Shown in pieces: positions 60,530-64,000 of a stretch of 64,000 nt of DNA. The DNA comes from Thermoanaerobaculia bacterium (GTDB taxonomy: Bacteria > Acidobacteriota > Thermoanaerobaculia > Multivoradales > Multivoraceae), in assembly GCA_963664405.1 (NCBI GenBank), contig OY761158.1, forward strand, positions 6,464,001-6,528,000. Reading direction: 5' to 3'. Under the pieces are notes generated by a model. It had not been told where the DNA came from and searched no databases. It saw nothing but the letters and a program-made list of their open reading frames with translations. Position numbers and translations under genes: made by a program. Positions within the stretch are counted from its first letter, which is position 1. Each line of letters opens with the position of its first letter.

Positions 60530-60713
60530 GGGTAGTTTACGAGGCTCAGTGTACTCCTACCGTCCGCGTAACCCAGCACCGCCGCCCTGATCGTCTCCAA
60601 CTCCACCGTGGGTAGCGCCAATTGGCGCTAGGGGTGAAAGAGTCCAGCGACTGGACGAACCGGGCAAATTTGTCCACTTCGTAAAACATCGGCAGCGCCG
60701 CCGATGTTTCTAG

Positions 60714-61043
60714 CTAAACCGGCCGCGCACTCGAGAGCACGAAGCGGACCGTGCCCTGTGCCGCTTCCCTGGTCTCGGGGAACCGTACGATGGGCCACCG
60801 CCTCCCGTCTTCAATCTCTAATTCCACCCCAACCTCCGGGAGAGAGTGTGCGGCGGCAAGATTATCGAAAATGAGGATACCTCTCCCCTCTTTAAGACCA
60901 CGGTAAGTTCCTCCGCCCGGATGCGTCCCGACTTCCTGTGTGACCTTCAGCTGATAGTGCGCCTCAACCGACTCTCCGCTGTAGTAGACGCGACCCTTAC
61001 CCTCAAGGGTTTCGAGCTCTCTGCGGATTCTGCCTTGTGCCAT
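60714..61043 (-). CDS. hypothetical protein (paralog of 59644-60006)
   Basis: LETLEGKGRVYY..VEAHYQLKV..GRGIL..VELEIEDGRR..VRFVLSSA. Confidence 0.7.
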   Translation of the reverse strand: MAQGRIRRELETLEGKGRVYYSGESVEAHYQLKVTQEVGTHPGGGTYRGLKEGRGILIFDNLAAAHSLPEVGVELEIEDGRRWPIVRFPETREAAQGTVRFVLSSARPV

Positions 61044-61244
61044 CAGGCGATTCTACATCCGGGCAAATCTGCCCGAAGGTTCGTGGAGTCGTCGCGCAGC
61101 ACAAGAGCAAAAACCGAGGCTCTCACAGGCCCGCTACGGCCCTATCGCCCACCCCTGAGGAGTAGGACCGGCGTCGCACCGTGGAGAGGATGTAGCGGAC
61201 GTATAGAGGGTCGAGCTCGTCACGGTCCCTTCTCGAGGAGGATG

Positions 61245-61335
61245 TTTGGAGAATGGGGAGAGGTCTTCCCCAACGCTACTACCGTCGTCACCATCGTCGA
61301 TCGCCTCGTCCATCGCTGCGAGCACGTGAAGTTGG
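61245..61335 (+). pseudogene. istB C-terminal remnant
   Basis: FGEWGEVFPNATTVVTIVDRLVHRCE resembles [26 protein letters not shown] of the istB at 36438. Confidence 0.75.
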
Positions 61336-61416
61336 GTGCTCCGTAAGAGTTCGCCGTAGCCCGTCTAGCTTGGTTCGAGGATCCGTGTTGTCGTTGTCGT
61401 TTCGAAGGGGACAACG

Positions 61417-61749
61417 ATGGATGGACAAGCAGCTCAGTTTCGGGAGTCGGTACGGCAGGGAAATGTGGGTAAGGTTTCGGGCCGTCGTCGGTTCACAGAA
61501 GAGCAGCGGTTGGAGGCAATGAGCTACTTCGAGTTGCGCCGACGGGAGGGTGCTCGGGTGTCGGCGATCGCCGAGGAGTTGGGAGTGGGCAAGACGACTC
61601 TCGAGCGCTGGCGTAGTCGAGACTCGGGCTTCGTGCGTGTCGAGGCCGTGCCGGCCGCGTCGGAGGTGACTTTGGTGAGTCCGAGTGGCTACCGGGTCGA
61701 GGGCCTGAGCGCGGACCAGGCGATCGAGTATGTGAGTCGCCTCGGATGA
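61417..61749 (+). CDS. tnpA: IS66 TnpA (HTH)
   Basis: HTH ORF, first in IS66. Confidence 0.8.
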   Translation: MDGQAAQFRESVRQGNVGKVSGRRRFTEEQRLEAMSYFELRRREGARVSAIAEELGVGKTTLERWRSRDSGFVRVEAVPAASEVTLVSPSGYRVEGLSADQAIEYVSRLG

Positions 61750-62126
61750 TGGAGTTGCTTCCCGGCCGGCAGGTCTTCGCGTACGCGGGCCCGGTGGACA
61801 TGCGCAAGGGGTACGACAGCCTGGCGGCTCTGGTGGAGCAGGATCTCGATCAAAACGTCTTGTCGGGAGATCTCTTCCTCTTCGTAGCTCGCAACCGTGT
61901 GCGGGCGAAGGTGTTGGTCTTCGATGGATCGGGCCTTTGTCTGCTGGCAAAACGTCTGGAGAAGGGCCGATTTGCGTGCCTCTGGCGGGATCGAAGAGGT
62001 CCCGTACTGCGTCTGTCTCGGGCTGAGCTTGGGCTGTTTCTCGAAGGAAGCCAAGCCGTTGGTAGAAAACGACTTGTTCCTGAGAATCTAGACAAAAAAG
62101 AGCTTGCGATTCGCTCACCGGCATGA
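61746..62126 (+). CDS. tnpB: IS66 accessory protein TnpB
   Basis: VDMRKGYD, KRLEKGRF. Confidence 0.92.
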   Translation: MMELLPGRQVFAYAGPVDMRKGYDSLAALVEQDLDQNVLSGDLFLFVARNRVRAKVLVFDGSGLCLLAKRLEKGRFACLWRDRRGPVLRLSRAELGLFLEGSQAVGRKRLVPENLDKKELAIRSPA

Positions 62127-63600
62127 GAGAAAGGGGCATCCGATGCAGGTGCCCGAAACGACCGCCTCTCTCGACGTCGTACTCGCGCACTATTCGCTTC
62201 TGAGCACCGAAAACGACCGTCTGCTGGACCTGGTCCGCCAGCTGAAGCGAGAGAATGCGAGCCTGCGCGGCGAGGACGCCGATCAGGCCGAGCTCGAGTT
62301 GCTTCTGGGTCTTGGCAAGCTCGAGATCCAGCGCCAGGCCCGGGAGCTCCCCGACTCGGAAGCGCGACCGCGCAAGCAGCGCGGCCACGGGCCGACGCCG
62401 CAACCGGACCTACCGGTGGTCGTCTTGGAGCACGTGCTGGGAGAGGGCGAGCGGACGTGTCCGGCCTGTGGAGACCCGACGCTTCAGCCCTTGGGCGTCG
62501 AGACACAAGACTCCGAAGAGATCACGATCGAGATGAAGCGCGTGGTGCGTCGGGTGCATCGGCGCCAGAAGTACCGTTGCGCTTGCAACAGCGCAGTTGG
62601 GACGGCGCCGAATCCGCATCCGCGGCTGGTGCCCGGCGGTCGGTACTCGCTGGAGTTTGCGGTCTCGGTGGCGACGTCGAAGATCGTCGATCACATGCCT
62701 CTGCATCGCCAGGTCAAGGAGCTCAGCCGCAGCGGTCTACGAGTGACGAAGCAGACGCTGTGGGACCAGGAGCAAGCCCTAGCCGAGGTGCTGCGTCCGA
62801 CCTATGCAGCGCTCAAGGAGCAGATCCTGGGATCTGACTTCCTCCATGCCGACGAGACGGGCTTCCTGCTGACGCAGGGCAAGCACTCGAGACGAGAAAC
62901 TCTCTGGGTGCTCAGCACGAATCAGCATGCCTGGTACACGCTGGGGCGCAAGAGCTTCGCTGCGGGCGAGGAGATCCTCGGCGCTTACGACGGAATCGTG
63001 ATCGCGGACGGCTACCCAGTGTACGAGCAGCTTTCCCGGGCCGGGCCCCTGCGTCTGGCGAATTGTTGGGCTCACAGTTTGCGCAAATTCCGCGATGCGC
63101 AGAAGCATCGGCCGCGGGAGTGCGCCCAGATCTTGAAGTTGATCGGAGAGCTCTACGAGATCGAGCGCGAGATCGACGCCTTGGATCTTGAACCGGCGGA
63201 CACTCTGCTGCGCCGGGCGGAGGCTCGAGTGAAGCGCTCATCGAAGGTGATTGCGGCGATCAAGGCTTGGGCGCTGTCGCAAACGGGGCTTCCGCGCAGC
63301 GACTTCATCAAAGCGGTCAAGTACATCCTGGCTCGCTGGGAGGGGCTGACTCGCTTCCTCGAGGATGCACGGCTACCGCTGGACAACAACCGTGCCGAGA
63401 ACGCGCTGCGAGGACCCGTCGTCGGCCGAAAGAACTATCTACAGTTTCGATCTCGGCGGGGATGCGAGGTCGGAGCCATTCTCTACTCGCTCTGCGAGAC
63501 TGCGCGGCTGCATGGCGTCGCGCCAGATCACTACCTTCGCGTCGCTGCACAACGGGCGCTTCAAAATCCCGGCACCGCCACCTTCCCCGATCGGATCTGA
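62104..63600 (+). CDS. tnpC: IS66 transposase TnpC
   Basis: CPACG zinc finger, HADET, ADGY, CWAH, DNNRAENALR, GRKN. Confidence 0.93.
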   Translation: MRFAHRHERKGHPMQVPETTASLDVVLAHYSLLSTENDRLLDLVRQLKRENASLRGEDADQAELELLLGLGKLEIQRQARELPDSEARPRKQRGHGPTPQPDLPVVVLEHVLGEGERTCPACGDPTLQPLGVETQDSEEITIEMKRVVRRVHRRQKYRCACNSAVGTAPNPHPRLVPGGRYSLEFAVSVATSKIVDHMPLHRQVKELSRSGLRVTKQTLWDQEQALAEVLRPTYAALKEQILGSDFLHADETGFLLTQGKHSRRETLWVLSTNQHAWYTLGRKSFAAGEEILGAYDGIVIADGYPVYEQLSRAGPLRLANCWAHSLRKFRDAQKHRPRECAQILKLIGELYEIEREIDALDLEPADTLLRRAEARVKRSSKVIAAIKAWALSQTGLPRSDFIKAVKYILARWEGLTRFLEDARLPLDNNRAENALRGPVVGRKNYLQFRSRRGCEVGAILYSLCETARLHGVAPDHYLRVAAQRALQNPGTATFPDRI

Positions 63601-63902
63601 TCGTCCGCGGGCCCCTTGCCCAGCTCGGCACCGTCGTCAAGACGTGCCACGGCGAGCTCTTACGGTGCTCCGCTGACTATGGAAGAGGAACATCAAGAGC
63701 TTGTAGGCGCGCTTCGTGTGCAGCCCATGATCGAGAAGGCCGCTGGCTCCGGAGCGCGATTTCTTGTCCATCGCTTCCACCAGCGTCCAGGGTTTCCCCA
63801 GGTTTGCGTAGGACTTGCGTAGCCTCGATCTGGTCATGATCACCCGATGCTCGAATCGCGGTGCGCACAAGAAATCCTCGAAGGGAGACTTTTTCGCTGA
63901 GA

Positions 63903-64000
<98 letters not shown>

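Larger units (their letters stand above)
61343..63663 (+). mobile_element. IS66 family element
   Basis: TIR GTAAGAGTTCGCCGT / ACGGCGAGCTCTTAC; 8-bp TSD GGTGCTCC. Confidence 0.95.

Overview
High-GC bacterial chromosome segment; the gene content (Bat proteins, kinase/beta-propeller paralogs, DUF3604) suggests Acidobacteriota, which is an inference. 1-19638 is ordinary core genome (batD/E-like, mtaB, fabI, GspE/PilB ATPase, proBA, hisS, aspS, aroB, HD-GYP, ftsY). From about 19.7 kb the window is an accessory island. It holds a decayed integrative/conjugative-type element: N-truncated tyrosine integrase, RepA with iterons, two VirD4/VirB4-like ATPases and a Replic_Relax relaxase. That element carries three copies of a ~477-bp non-coding, TIR-bounded, highly structured MITE; IS256, two IS21 elements and IS66 also lie in the island. 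The most striking signal is at 46.2-59.2 kb. This is a co-oriented array of gene units: three Ser/Thr kinase-beta-propeller paralogs, one hollowed-out kinase unit now holding an amidohydrolase, a PLD and a PD-(D/E)xK-like protein. Each unit is delimited by a 27-bp palindromic box, TGTCG-N5-CRCC-N8-CGACA, usually as paired boxes 38-39 bp apart. This resembles an integron-like cassette array with non-canonical recombination sites. The cognate recombinase is not established from this window.
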